NCBI GenBank assembly: GCA_012295275.1
Contig: CM022671.1
Coordinates: 26,536,001-26,600,000 of the forward strand
From: Chrysomallon squamiferum
Lineage: Eukaryota; Animalia; Mollusca
DNA length: 64,000 bases
Reading direction: 5' to 3'
Part shown: one piece after another, positions 14,416 through 28,508 of the stretch
How the letters are laid out: each line of letters starts with the position of its first letter
Numbering within the stretch: the first letter of the stretch is position 1
Notes under the pieces: generated by a model
The model's input: the letters and a program-made list of their open reading frames with translations, nothing else
What the model was told of the DNA's origin: nothing
The model's database searches: none
Position numbers and translations under genes: made by a program

Positions 14416-15019
14416 CAGAAAATACAAATAAAATAACAGAATATAAGCCAACATACAAACACACAAACAAAATAATGTAATCGATTACAAACTAGCGACT
14501 GAATCATATTTTACCACTTTCACTAAACAATTTTGAACAAGTTTATGAAAACATCAAATCAACTACAGTCATACTTTCTATTTAACCTTCAATTATTTCA
14601 TTTACCACCCAGCTGTGAGTCACAAAGAGACAAACAGCTGGTTGTTAACTTGTAAGAAATACTCGTATTATGAAAGCGAAGACCGAAAACTAGCTGGCCC
14701 GAAGCCTCGAATAACGAGTCGACTCAGAGGAACAGCGCGAAAGACCACAATTGTTTTATTTGTTTGTAGGTTTTAGAAAGTGTCCCGGTTTTTTTTCATT
14801 ATGGGTTCCATCGCTGTTCGTAGTATCAGGTTTCGGGGTATCCGACTTCAATACACCACGAGACAGAGGACGTTTCACTACAAAAGATCTGCTACACTCG
14901 GCGACAATCAGGGTCAACCACAGAGCTGGTGTCATACAAGGTGACGTTGTCGTTGTCTGGCAGTAATGTGTGCCAGACGGGTATATACGATACTACGTTA
15001 TGGTTTATAACTAATGAAA

Positions 15020-15064
15020 ATATATATATATATCTAAATCTATCTATCTATCTATCTATCTATC

Positions 15065-15133
<69 letters not shown>
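15020..15133. repeat. (TA)n(TCTA)n(TA)n(GA)n compound microsatellite
   Basis: Directly visible. Confidence 0.95.
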
Positions 15134-15135
<2 letters not shown>

Positions 15136-15441
15136 AATTACGATTAAAAATGATATAAATCTGCAAATTAAATTTTAATCTTCAATATTGTTTTCTGTAT
15201 GAAGGTATATATATTCAAACACACACATACACACAAATAATTAGTAATAAGTAATTGAGTTAATTATATATTGAGAGAATTAGTTATTTTTCTTCTTCAC
15301 AGTGTCAGTACATTTTAAAGGTTAACGAGCTAGTTTTTGTGATTATTTAAAATCTATTAAATTCACAGGTTGAATGATATTAATATCTGTAAGAAAATCA
15401 GAACAAAAACCATTTATTAATACAAGTTCATACTGAAAATG

Positions 15442-15477
<36 letters not shown>

Positions 15478-16535
15478 TGATAGAAACAGAGAGAACGTAC
15501 ATATAAAAATGATTAAAAGTAAAAAAAAACAAATTACGTCGGATTCAGTAATTGAGCTAGTCAAAAGGCGTCTACTATTACAGTACAAAAAACTGAATCT
15601 ACACAACCAGGAAGCTCTGTTTTCAATATAAACCAAAACACCATTTTGCTGAAAAGCCTGCAGGTGCCAAACAAATAAACTTTTTAGTTTTCTTCAAAAA
15701 AAAATGCTACGAAACTCTGGATTGAAAAGTACCCTAAAACAACGTGCGGTGAGCGCTCACACACGACAAATAAACACGGGAACACTAACCGGGGTGTTTC
15801 CTAATGTGTTGAGAAACTCGCAGCTCTCGATTTATTTAAACTCGGGAAGGTTTATTAAAATTTGATATCCCGCGATATTTTCTCCCTTTTTCTTGAGACG
15901 ACGTCTGTTTCCTGTCTTCCTGAGAGGCCCAGCTGTTCCACTGAACACATGCCCGACTGCATTTCTTGTGTATACATACTTATATACCAAGCACGTCAAC
16001 CTGCACTTTTTTAATTACAGAGTGCAGAACACGCAAAATTCCAAACATTCTGAAACAACACTGAAGATACTGAGAGAGGAGGGAGGGAGGATGGTCATAT
16101 TATATGAATTTCGAAAATGTTTTTAATAACTCTGAGTTCGGGTTAGCCTGTCTGAAAATAGAGAGACCGAGCTTTGAACCAGAAAGATGCTTAAAAATAA
16201 TGTTTTCTAAAAATGCTTAAAAAAAAAAAAAAATTATAATGTTTTCTAGCCATGAAGTTGTTAGATCGAAAGTTGTGGCTGAAAGCTCGAAGAGTGAATT
16301 AAAAAAAAAATAAATAAAAAATAAAAAAATATTTAATTTTTAAAAATGAAAAAGTACAGTAGGTTGCTTTCAAAATAGGACTGAGTTAAAATAGTGGTAG
16401 AAATTTGAAAACAACAACAGTTATAAATAAATAAATAAATAATGAGTTCGAATTTACGGGCTATGTTGTAAAACTACTGATTTAGAGGGAGAAGTTGCTA
16501 GAAATACGGTTCTATTTAGTGTACAAGAGAGAGAA

Positions 16536-16663
16536 AAAAATATTTTTAAAATAATTGAAATTTGAAACTAAACGTTACAGAGAATTATAATGGTAGGAAA
16601 AATATTTTTAAAATAATCGAAGTTTGAAACTAAACGTTACAGAGAGTTATAATGGTAGGAAAA
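16536..16663. repeat. Tandem duplication, 62-bp unit x2
   Basis: tatttttaaaataat.gaa.tttgaaactaaacgttacagaga.ttataatggtaggaaaa starts at 16541 and 16603. Confidence 0.9.
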
Positions 16664-19119
16664 TTAAAATAAATATCAGGTTAAACTTGTAGAAGTTAAT
16701 ACAGAAAAAAAAAAAAAAAAAAAAAATATTTATGGCATGGATGAAAAAACGAATGAATGAACGAATGATTTGATGGATGGATGAATAGATGTAAAAAAAA
16801 AAATTAATACTAGAATGATAAATTTATCCAAAAGATTATATTTAATTAATTCAAGCAACATGAAGCTTTGGAAATTTAAGCGCTCGTTATTCTTAAAACC
16901 AGACCAATCAAAGTCACCGCTTTTCCCATCGTTGCTGGCAGCCTTTTCCCTAAGTACACTAATGTTCTATTAAAACAACAATAACTCCTGTTTTAAACAT
17001 TTTAAATATCACTTTTTCTTTACCTTGTCAGTTATGCAACGGACAAAACAAAAAAGAAGTGAAAAAAACCAACAACACTGGGCGTTTCTTTCATTACCAT
17101 AAACGTTCACATGTCACACAGGTTGGATAACAAAAACATGTCATAAATGAATTTCTTTACGTAAACTGTTAATGTTCTAAAATCAACACAACCGTATTAC
17201 AAACACTAATATGTCAGGTATTGTTCTGGTCAGTTTTAGAATAACAAAAAAAAAAAAAAAAAAAAAGAAGAAGAAAAAGAAAAATGTTTGTTCCGTAACA
17301 CCAAGTTGCACGTATTTTCCACAATGACGTTTCTCACCAAAGATTTTCCACCGCAGAACAATGACGTTTTTCACACTTTAACTTTCCACCGAGCAACAAT
17401 AACGTTTTATCGCACTCTCCGCTTTCCCCGTTCTCGTTTAACAATTCGCAGATCTTTTTCAAACCTACATCAAAGTGTTGAACCGTTACTTCTGTTGATC
17501 TTAACACTCGAGCAACAATTAACTGGCAGCTAATTGTTTATTTAATGATAATGTTCGCTAAATGCGGCAAACACGGTCATCAAGGGAACGGTGGACGCCA
17601 ATTTCCGAGCCAAAACAGGTCTTTGATTCTCTAAGGAGTTCTTGATTTGACTTATTAGACATTAAAGAACCGTTTAGACAGCCACGTGTTCGCAGTATTT
17701 CTCTTCACGTAGAGAAATAGTTTATTTGAAATTTTGTGTTTTTACTACACCTTAATTAAGCTGTTAATGAACAGGTGTGCTGTGCTGATAAGTATGATGT
17801 GTATGTGTGTATGTGTGTGTATTTATGCGTAATAGTGTGTAGTTGCGTGTATTTGTGTCTATGTGTGTATTTATACGTATTTGTGTGTGAATATATATGT
17901 AGGTGAATGTATAGGTATGTATATACTTGTATGTATGTTTGTATGTATGAGTGTGTGTAAGAATGAGTGTATGTGTAAATTGTTGTTGTTATTCTTCTTA
18001 TTAGTATTATTCAGTTAATACTGTTTTATTTTGCAAGTTATCTCACTTCTCTCTATGTTTATATTCATAATTTAAACATTTGTAACTGTGAGACTTATAC
18101 CGAATCTCTTTCTCTCTCTCGATATTTATTTCTCTCGCTTTTATTTCTTTCTCTCGCTCCTGTTTTCTTCTATAATTATGAACTATTAATATCGAAGTAT
18201 TGTATTGTATGACTATATCTGTCAAGATAATCAATATGTTTAATATGCATGATTGTGTCCTTCCGTGTGTTCAGATAATCAATATTACAAACCAAATGTG
18301 ATCAAACCCGAAATAAAATATTCCACGTCTTCCTATAAATTATGTCGTTAAATTTCTAGTCATTTCTGCGCTGAAAATGTAACCTAAATGTTGCTTTAAA
18401 GCCAAGATGAAATTTTACCCAAGCAATGATATTAATTCAGTGTTAAACAAATTTCTGAATATTTTAGTGAATAATCCCATGGATTTCCTAATATGTTTTA
18501 CTCTTACATGAACACAACAGCTACATTTCACGTGATATTTATTATGTCTAAGACTAAATGGTTGATTCCAGCATAGACCCGGCGCTGGGCTTCGAATCTT
18601 CTATAAATCGGTATTAGATTCATAGCTTAAGCAATGCATAACCTAGGCTATTATATTTGTATACATTCTCACGTTATTCACTTGTTGGCTGAGAGAAAGG
18701 TGTGCACATGCAGGTGTTTATCTCACCCGAGTGCATGTAATTTCTTGTAACAACAAAATTAATGCATTAGGCAGCGCGCTTAGTACTGGGCCGTTAATAC
18801 TGCTGCAAATCTTATTTTATCTAAATCGATTAAAACCCGCAAGGTCATTGGAAGGTGGAGTGGTGTTTTATGTGTATGTATATATATATATATATTCAAA
18901 ATACGAACACACACACACATGTGCATACCAATATGTCCCAGATTTCTTTATAAGTTTAAAAGTACGATATTCATTATTTTTTTTTTTATTATTATTTTTT
19001 TAAAATTTTTTTTTTATCATTTCGGCACCACTGATTGCATCACTGATGAAAACCAAAACGAGCTTTGTCTTTCCCTTACAAGCATGTAACACAAACTCTC
19101 ATGTGTCCGAAATCACACC

Positions 19120-19405
19120 TATACACACATACGTACACACACACACACACACATGAACAAACATACGTACTCACACATACAGGCAGGCACATACGTACAC
19201 GTACGCACGCACACACATATATGCGTGCGCGAACTCATCTATGTTCCAACGCACACCTGTACACACATACGTATATACACACACACACACAGGAACACAC
19301 ACATATATACACATATGTACATACATACGTACTTACACGTACACACACGGATACACACACACACAGGAACACACATATATACACACGCGCACAAGGACAC
19401 TCATA

Positions 19406-19452
<47 letters not shown>
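19120..19452. repeat. Long degenerate (CA/TA)n tract
   Basis: About 330 bp of mostly alternating purine-pyrimidine sequence ending in pure (CA)n. Confidence 0.9.
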
Positions 19453-19454
<2 letters not shown>

Positions 19455-19861
19455 CCCTCCGGTTCCGCCACTTGTAAACATTTGAGCGCGTCCAGGTAAC
19501 CAGCTAGCTGTTTTAATCTGGCTGACTTCTGTGTTGGTATTGGCAGCTACTAGTTAATTTACCTCAGTGGCCGGGACAATGAAGAGGTGTTAAAAGTACA
19601 CGATCGGGCGTGAAAAGCGAGTTTTATAACGCATTACCTCTCAGGTTATTGCAAGAGATTTGCGTCTGGTTATTGTGAATGCGACCTACTGAAATATACT
19701 ATTCAACCCGTTTCATATAAACGGCTTTGAATTGTTCAGGGATTATATTTTTTATTACATCATGTAAGAAGTCTTATTTCAAAGACGGTTCTTGCAGGTG
19801 TTAAAAGCCATACTCGCCTGCTTAGGTTGTTAAATAATTAATAGTATGTTTCGCCATTAAA

Positions 19862-19894
<33 letters not shown>

Positions 19895-21172
19895 CGTGGG
19901 TAAAAGAAATTCTACTGTATTGCAATATCACGAAATAAAAAAAAAAAAAAAAAAAAAATGTAAAACGTAGAAGATGAAAAAGCAAAAAGAAAGAATAAAA
20001 CATCAGAAGAATATTTATTATTTATTATTTTTTTCATTTAAAAGTATGTGTACGTTATAGTTAAACAATTTTAAAAAAATAATAATAAAAATTTTTTTTT
20101 TGAAGTATTTTATTTGGTATTTAGTTTTGTTTCGTTAACGTTTTGTCGATTTCTGTCTCTCTGTACCATATATATTAATCAGTATAATTTTTGACACATT
20201 AAATGTATAAATTCATACATCGATTTACAACACTTCGGAATGGACAGAATGGATTTGAGGATTGTGAACGGACGTTTTCGCACTAATAATCTTAAATGAG
20301 GGGGTGAAAAAAAAAAATATCAACAGGTGTACGATAATTTTCAAAAGTGCCAGAGGTAATTAGTTTCAAGCACACCTTTTTGAACAGGCAATTGGCACGT
20401 TTTAATTTTACAAACGATAACGCTATTTAATACCGTTGTTTGCATTCTGCTTTCGTCAAGTGGCCTGAATAGCGAGTAGTTTGCCCAGAGTCTAAGAAGC
20501 GAGACTTAGAACGAGATAAGACATGAGGAAAGACTGTGCTATATTGAAATAAATGACAGGGTATTGAGAAAAATGACATGCCGTTATCTGAAACTGACAA
20601 CAGGGCGGCCCGCTCTGATCGAAACGTACACGATTGTGTTCACGGGTTAAGTATACCCAGCACTTTATTGTAGAGGCAAACAACAATATCAGAACATACG
20701 CAGAAATTTACCCTCCGTGCACGTGCTATTTCACCTCTTTATTGCATTACACATGCTATTTTATCTTTTTATTGCATTACGCCTGTAATTTGCATTTGTT
20801 TTTCTTGTAAATAATGATTAATTGTAAAAATGAGTTGTTACTGTTATTGCTCGCGTCGTCACTGCAGGTTGAAAACAAAGTCGGCGGGTGGTAATGGTAT
20901 GTTTATACTGAGTTGTGTTTTAAAAGTAACAATATTTCACGCAGAGTAACACGCCAGCACTTAAAAACATGAATACAAAAACAGATACGTGTACGTGAAT
21001 ATTTGTATATTATATTCACACGTACATCTCTGTGTGAGTATGTGAGTGTGCGTGTGTGTATTGTCTACATATTGTACATATACCATTTACTATATATATA
21101 TAAAATATATTTACATAATGATCGAATGTGGGTAAAACACTTGTTAGAAACCAATGTCGTATGCATACGAGT

Positions 21173-21325
21173 GTGTTTGTGTGTTTGAGTGTATATGTAT
21201 ATATGAACTTTTGTTTGTGTGTTTGAGTGTATATGTATATATGAACTTGTGTTTGTGTGTGTGAGTGTATATGTATATATGAACTTGTGTTTGTGTGCCT
21301 GTATGTGTATATTTGTGTGTGTGAG
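21173..21325. repeat. Minisatellite, ~36-38-bp unit x3-4
   Basis: Repeated gtttgtgtgt(t/g)tgagtgtatatgtatatatgaactt. Confidence 0.85.
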
Positions 21326-21487
21326 TGCGTGAACGTCAAACCTATTTCATTAATTTAAAACTGTTTATTTTTCATTACTTATATAGATAATTAAAACACA
21401 ATATAATTCGTTCGTTCATTTAACTGGTTTTTTTTTTTTAAAGTACGACTGAAGCAAAAATAAGATCTAAAAAATAAGAGATAAATC

Positions 21488-21522
<35 letters not shown>

Positions 21523-24500
21523 ACAGAGAGAAAAAACAAATGCACAATTTTTTTTATTTCAGATAAAAAAAAAGTTTAATTTTCTTGGCACCTGCAGGTT
21601 TTCCAGGAGAATACTGTTTGGGTTCACACTGAAAAGAGAAAAATTTAGGGTGATGGTACTGATTGTGTAGATTTAGTTTTTATCGTGAAACACACATTCA
21701 CCAACAAGTTCAAGTATTGGTTGTTTTTCTTTTTTCTTTCTTATGTTAACAGATCAAAAAATTGTTCTCACTCTATTTCTCTGTCTAACTCTCTGACTCA
21801 ATCTCTCTCTCACACACACAGATATACATATAATACAAACATATATAGACAATAATACGTTATTGAGAATGTCAGATTAACTTTCGATTTCAGAAAAATA
21901 ACGAAAACGATCGATATCACACATCTTTATTTATTATTGTTATTATTTCTACCAAATTTTCTACAATCATATAATCGTAATCAAACTCATTATCATCATA
22001 TTATATTTTAATTATAATGATTTACCATACTTCATCCACTGGTCGTAATCATAACGATCAGCATCATCATCATCGTCGTCGTCATCATCATCACCATCAT
22101 CATCATCATTATTATTATTATCATTGCTATTATTATTATTATTATAACTATTATTTGAAATATTCTCACATTCAAGCATGAACGTCATTTCCTGCGGTCG
22201 CACGAACATAATTCCAGTTCCTCCGCGCAAAAACACCAAGTAACTTCACAGTCGTCCACAAAGACAAGCATCGATCTTTAAGACCAGTAATTGCAACACT
22301 TGATACATTAGCCACATTAATTCTTGCTGGTAGTTATTTCGAATTTATTATCCACCTCGCCTTGCACTTTTCATGCATAAAGCATATTTAAGTACAAGCG
22401 TTCATAAATCATTACTTTTTTTTTTTTTTTTTTTTTTTTCTTCTACAATTCAAATTACGAAAATTAGCGATCGTTTTCGAAAGAAAAGACATCGCGATAT
22501 TCCTCAAGTGGCCAGTGTACGTTACCAAAGTACGTTGCGAGTTAAAGGCTTTTCGTGTCTGTTTTAAATAATGGGGCTCTAGGTCCTTAATAAATATAAT
22601 GAAAGAGTCGTTTTGTTTCTAGATTTGAATAACCGATTAGGTAATTAATTTTCTAAATGTGCGATGAGGGAGCAATGCGCGCCGAATTGTACCAATATAT
22701 GTGCAAATTCTGTAACAGCAGCATGCAGAAATTTTTGTGTTGATAACAGTACAGTAATTTAGGTTTTTATTGACAAATAATGACTGTGTGTAAATATACA
22801 GAAAATGGGACAGTGCAGAAACAATTTGTAGTTGTTGCCATGCTTGTAATCTAATCTAAATGCGAATTTAATCGCCGTTTTAAATCCCAGGCGTTAATGA
22901 AAGACATCTATAAAATGTTATGCTATGAAGGTTCATTTTATCGATTCATTAAATTCATACAAACCGCAAGAGTATAAAATGCTGCTGTGTTTGTTATCAT
23001 ATTGATATATTTTGTTATCATCATCAACATCGTCTTTATTGCTACTACTACTACTACTACTACTTCAACTGCTATTACTACTACCATCAATACTGTTATA
23101 ACTACTACTACTACTATCAATATTTATGCTATTACTACTACAACAACAATGCTACACTATACCCCCGTTATTATTAGCAGAAGTAATTTTTTTTTTTGAG
23201 TTATTTTTAAAATGATGTTATTCTTATAATTTATATTATAAAATATTTACTTTAATATTTAAGAATATTTGAATAAATACAGGTTTTTCTTCAGTAACAG
23301 CATTAAAAAATTTCTGTTGAATCGCATTTATACTTTATCTCATATTTTAAATTAAATTTAAAAAAAAAAAAAAAAAAAGAAATTAAAAAAAATTAATTAA
23401 TTAATTAATAAAAAAATATATAATAACAATAAATTAATATAAATTTGCATTATTATAATGCTGTAATTTATACACACATACACCCCCAGCTCCCCCACAC
23501 ACATTCACACACACTATTATTGTTATTATTTGTTTTTATTTGTTTTGTTTGCTTAACAAGCAATTTTGTTTGAATCAAGATCCATAGATCTAATATCTTT
23601 TGTCCATTTTAATTTTATAAATATTAATAACCTTATTTAAAAAATAATAATAATAATAATAATAATTAAAAAAAAAAAAATAACAAAAATTATCATTTGA
23701 AGACACTAGCTTTCCACATTAATTTCTTTACTCCAGTATAAATTTGTTTCCTAACTTTAATTATAAAGCTTCAATAGTTTTGTGTGCACGTATGAACATA
23801 ATTTATACAGAGTAATAACTGTAAAGTTATATAATATAATTTATACAATATTATAACTCTATAGTTACCATCACTGCGTGTGGACGTATAATATAACTTA
23901 TACAATATTGTAACTGTAAAATTTCCAACAGTGCCTAGATGTAACATGATTTACACAATGTTATGATCGTAAAGCTGCCATACGAAACAAAACTATGTAC
24001 TGTTACAACTGTAAACTTTTTACCAACACAGCCTGTACATAACATAACATAACTGTACATAACTGTACATAAATATTGCCAGAGTGCCGCAGATGCAAGC
24101 AAAATATCTCCCTCACTCAAACATAACAGTCTGCGTATAACATTAACACAAATAGTAACTGCAGACTTTAAATGACAGTTATTTCTCTGCAAATAAACAA
24201 CGGTAAACACTGGTCTCATTAGGTAATGGGTGTGGGTGGAGCACATTTCACAAATAATGTATTTATCACGAAACACGTGTGCGGGCTGGGCCGCACAATG
24301 GTAATCTGAATGCAGTTAGCAAACGAGAAGGAATTTATCGCGTTATAATCGAGGCGATAATTGATACAACACCGGGTCCATTGTCTACGTAATAACCACA
24401 GTGATTTGTGGTTGTACATTAATGACATCGGTGCATTACTCAGTGATATAAACTGTATTATACTGTGAAGTAGTGTAAATCAAGTAACTGGTTTACAGCA

Positions 24501-24639
24501 TTATGACACCTTTATTATTTATTAAATGTGTATGGGTACATGTATGCAAATATATATAATAAATTAATATATTTAATAAAAAAAAAAATTATATATATAT
24601 ATATATACAATACATCGATTACTAAGTGAACGTATCTGG

Positions 24640-24847
24640 ATGCGTGTCTCTGTGGTTTTATTGGTATCATCGTCAGACTTCGGAGTGCGGGCGAAAGAGA
24701 GCCAGGTTCGAGTCTTGTCGTCGGCATCTGACGTTTGTCCTCCTGTACCAGAGTCTTCGCAAATACTGTCTATGTTCAGAGTGTATTCAGACAAACATAA
24801 TACAACATAATATTCATTCCTAAACTCAGACAAACATAAACACACGC
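24640..24847 (+). mobile_element. tRNA-derived SINE-like element, copy A
   Basis: B-box-like GGTTCGAGTC at 24705-24714 in a tRNA-like head. Body aligns by eye with the reverse complement of 4255-4450. Confidence 0.65.
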
Positions 24848-26632
24848 TCCAACGCATTTTTTTTTTCTTTCTGATAATATTGTTAATATTAATACGACCC
24901 TGTATCGTACATTAGCCAAGTGTATGCATTCCGTTTTTCAGATTTTCCGTGTAATAGTTTTATCAGATACCTGCGAGCCTAATGAGGCTGTCAGTCAAAC
25001 AATGCTGTATGAAAACGTGCGTCATCCTGTATTGTGCCGCTGGTTGTCCAATAGTTACGATATCCGATATGTTTTTAGACCACACCGAGAGTAACACGCG
25101 TTTTCAGTAGTGACAGTGGATCGAAATGAAAATAAAGCTAATAAATTGCAATGTTTTAGCAATATCTGACGGGTAATTCCTTACAACCATCAAAGTAAGG
25201 TGGATTATTTTCGATTCAGAGAAATTAGAATTCAAGATCTATTTTTTAGTCTTGAAATTTGCTCATCTTCAATATTGTTCTTTCACTTTAAAGTCATTTC
25301 GCACTATGTTGTTGTTGTTGTTGTTGTTGTTATTATTATTTGTTACTATGAGTAGTAGTAGTAGTTACGGTAGTATTTTTCTATTATTAATAATCATATT
25401 TTTGGGGGTGATACAAATGAAATTAGCGGGTTTGATTTGATCTTAAAATAGCTATAAAATAGTTTAAAAATTAATGATTAATTTTGTTAACTGCAGTAAT
25501 TATGACCAGTTCCAGACAACGGGATTATTATATTTAATATTATCCACTGACTGTAAGTACAACGAGTGAAAAATAGCTTATCTCTAGACTGGAACCTAAA
25601 CCTATCAGATTCTTAAAACACCTTTTTTGCTTCTGAATTTGCAACTTTTTTTAAGCCACTGACCAACGGGATCACGTATCAACTCAAATTGCACCCTGTT
25701 ACCGCACCTTTAGCAAACCTCCATAATGGAGGCAGCATGTTTCATTTGTTCATGGATTCTTCTCCTCTGTGGTTTAACTTTTAAGTTGCATGCCATGTTT
25801 ATCTTAGAATGTGTCTATTAATTAGCCCACATTACAGTGCACACACGTGTTTCGGCGAGCTTTTTTTTTTTTTTTTTTTTTTTTTTCTGATGGGAATATC
25901 GTAAAGATACGACTACTGGTGTGTTTCGTGCAATAGAAAACGTTGCACGTGTCCAGGCAATACCGAGTACCGTTATAAGAAACACTGTTTACCGTTAAAC
26001 AGCACGTGCATTCTGGCGCGATGTTTACGTGGTAATTTATTCCAACTGGAATTCATATATAAGCACAGTATTTTCACATATTGTTTCCAGGTGCCCATTT
26101 TACACCTGTGTTTTGACATTAATTTATTTTCGGATTTTTTTATTTTTATTTTTTTTTTTTTTTTTTTTTTCTTGTAATTTAAAACTTCTGACCTTGGTAA
26201 GAAAATTATTATTATTATTATTATTATTATGTTGTTGTTGTTGTCGTTGCAGTAGTAGTAGAAGAGATAGAATTTGTATTATTGGTAGTAATATTATTAC
26301 TGCTGGTGCTAGACATGTGAGAAATAAATGCGTCGCCATTTTGGTATAACCTTAACTTTCAAGATAGAACTGTGTTTCATTATATAACATGAATAAAAAA
26401 TCTAACAGGAGCAGGAGAAAATAAAATACACTCATTTCCCCCTGTATAAGCATTAAAAAAAAAAAAAAAGGTTCTTTAATATGACACATAAATTTTATTT
26501 TGATTCCTTTATATAATTTATATTTTCCAAACGACAAGTTTATTTCTGTTTAATCGACACAGAGTTCTACGTTAATATTTATTATCGTGTTACTGTAAAA
26601 TACAAATTTAAGCGATCGAAAAAAATATATAA

Positions 26633-26694
<62 letters not shown>

Positions 26695-27049
26695 TAATAA
26701 TAACATAAAATTAAATAAAATTAAAAATAAAATAAAATAAATATGATGATGATGATGATGATGATGATAATTAATATTATTTTAAAAATTATAATAAATA
26801 AATAAATAATATAAGATCAGTCGGTACTGTTATTTGCTCTACAATTACAACCATCACCACCACTACCACTACAACCACTATGACGACGTCAGTTAGTATG
26901 TCTGTAATAATAATAATAATAATCATCATCATCGTCATCGTCATTATCATTACATTAATAACCTTATTTACATTTATTTATTTTATTCATTTATTTATTC
27001 ATTTTATTTTGTTCATTAATTCATTATATATATATACTTTTATTTTTGT

Positions 27050-27237
27050 TTTTATTTTTTATTTTTTATTTTCTATTTTTTTCCCCTGCTGTAGTTGTGA
27101 TCAAACAAGACTGCAATCTCGGTATAAAAATAAAAGTATATATTTTATTTTTATTTTTTATTTTTTATTTTTTTATTTTTATTTTTTTTATTTTTTCCCC
27201 TGCTGTAGTTGTCATCAAACACGACTGCAGTCTCGGT
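27050..27237. repeat. Tandem duplication, 114-bp period
   Basis: ttttcccctgctgtagttgt(g/c)atcaaaca(a/c)gactgca(a/g)tctcggt; the CCCC runs are at 27083 and 27197. Confidence 0.9.
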
Positions 27238-27945
27238 GCACACACACAGACAAACACCTAACACTCACACTTTGCAGTCTGTATCGGTTTCTCTGCAGAT
27301 CTTATCAGACAGAGCGCTAACGGTCCAGACATCCTTACCACTGTTAGCACCGTATCGCTAAGTTTCGTTTATCCCGTCTCATTGACAATATAATATACGA
27401 TACTGCATATCTTAGTCAGTCTCATAAAGCATAAATTTATAACGCTCAAAAGAGAAGAGGGGAAAAAAAAGAAAAGGAAGGCAAAAAGATCACTAAAAAG
27501 GTGTGAGAGAGAAAAAAAAAAAAAAAAAAAGGAATTGTCAATATTGCTTTCAAAAGCTGTTTGAGTTGTTGGATTTTTAATATTTTTTTGTTCCTTTCTT
27601 TCTTATTTTTTTCTTATTGACAAACAGAATATAAGAGCGGAAAACACTTTTGAAAAAGTAACAGAGAATATTTCAATTAATATGATAGATGAAAAACGTT
27701 TGTTTGAGTTCAACGGGTGGAAATTTTTAAACAGACAATATTGATCAGTAATAATCGCGTTGAAATGAAAAGTGTCCTTGTCCGCATGAAAGAGGGCGAG
27801 CCCAGCCGGTCTTTTCACGAGCAACAAAAGAAAGGGGCTCCTTTATGCGTCGGACACAAAAAGCGTATTTTAAGAGTAACTTTTATAAGCATGACTGGAC
27901 TAAGAGAATAAAACAAATAATAAAATGTTTCACGGGGTGTTGAGA

Positions 27946-27959
27946 GTTTCCATGGTAAC
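27946..27959. promoter_or_regulatory. RFX X-box motif
   Basis: GTTTCCATGGTAAC matches the GTTNCCATGGNAAC consensus, about 2.6 kb upstream of the ATG. Confidence 0.5.
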
Positions 27960-28198
27960 AAATGATCGTGGTACCTCTTTATTCGAGTGCTCTTGTGAAA
28001 AGGATCTCGCTCGTGAAAAGGGGAGTGCATACAATTCCGAGGTTTTCGGAATTCTAATAGTATGAGCTGAATTTTGATTCTCGACTTAGGATGAATATTT
28101 TACCCACAGGCCTGTCAAATTACAACGCCTGCAGCTGTGCATGCATGAAAAAAAAAAAAATTAAAAAAAAAAAAAAAATCAGACGTATTTGTCCAAAT

Positions 28199-28235
28199 GG
28201 GGTGTCTGGGTGTCCGGGTGTCCGGGTGTCCGGGG
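28199..28235 (+). repeat. 8-bp tandem repeat (GGGTGTCC)x~4, G4-type motif
   Basis: GGGGTGTCTGGGTGTCCGGGTGTCCGGGTGTCCGGGG read directly from the sequence. Confidence 0.9.
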
Positions 28236-28414
28236 ATGAATTTTCCAAAATGTCTGGAGAAAAGTTTTGAAGGAACCGGTTGAAGAATTATACATATTTC
28301 ACTGTTTTATGTCAACCAGAATATTACGTTTCCATTAGACAGAGATGTACGATCTGTGAACATTGTCAGTTTAAACTTTGTGATGTTTGTTAGCGTTTGT
28401 ATGTCGTCTAAATC

Positions 28415-28417
<3 letters not shown>

Positions 28418-28505
<88 letters not shown>
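28418..28505. repeat. (GA)n microsatellite
   Basis: Directly visible. Confidence 0.95.

Positions 28506-28508
<3 letters not shown>

Noticed and set aside
14946-14993. Hairpin GTCTGGCA-N8-TGCCAGAC as a pre-miRNA or terminator
   Set aside because: The stem is too short for a pre-miRNA, I recognise no mature miRNA, and bacterial-type terminators are irrelevant in this genome.
24645-24727. Functional tRNA gene
   Set aside because: No clean cloverleaf or acceptor stem; better explained as a SINE head.
2991-27320. Numerous 60-157 aa ORFs (SLSL, HTHT, ERER, poly-F/I/T/V)
   Set aside because: They are translations of microsatellites and low-complexity tracts, with no domain motifs or splice-consistent structure.
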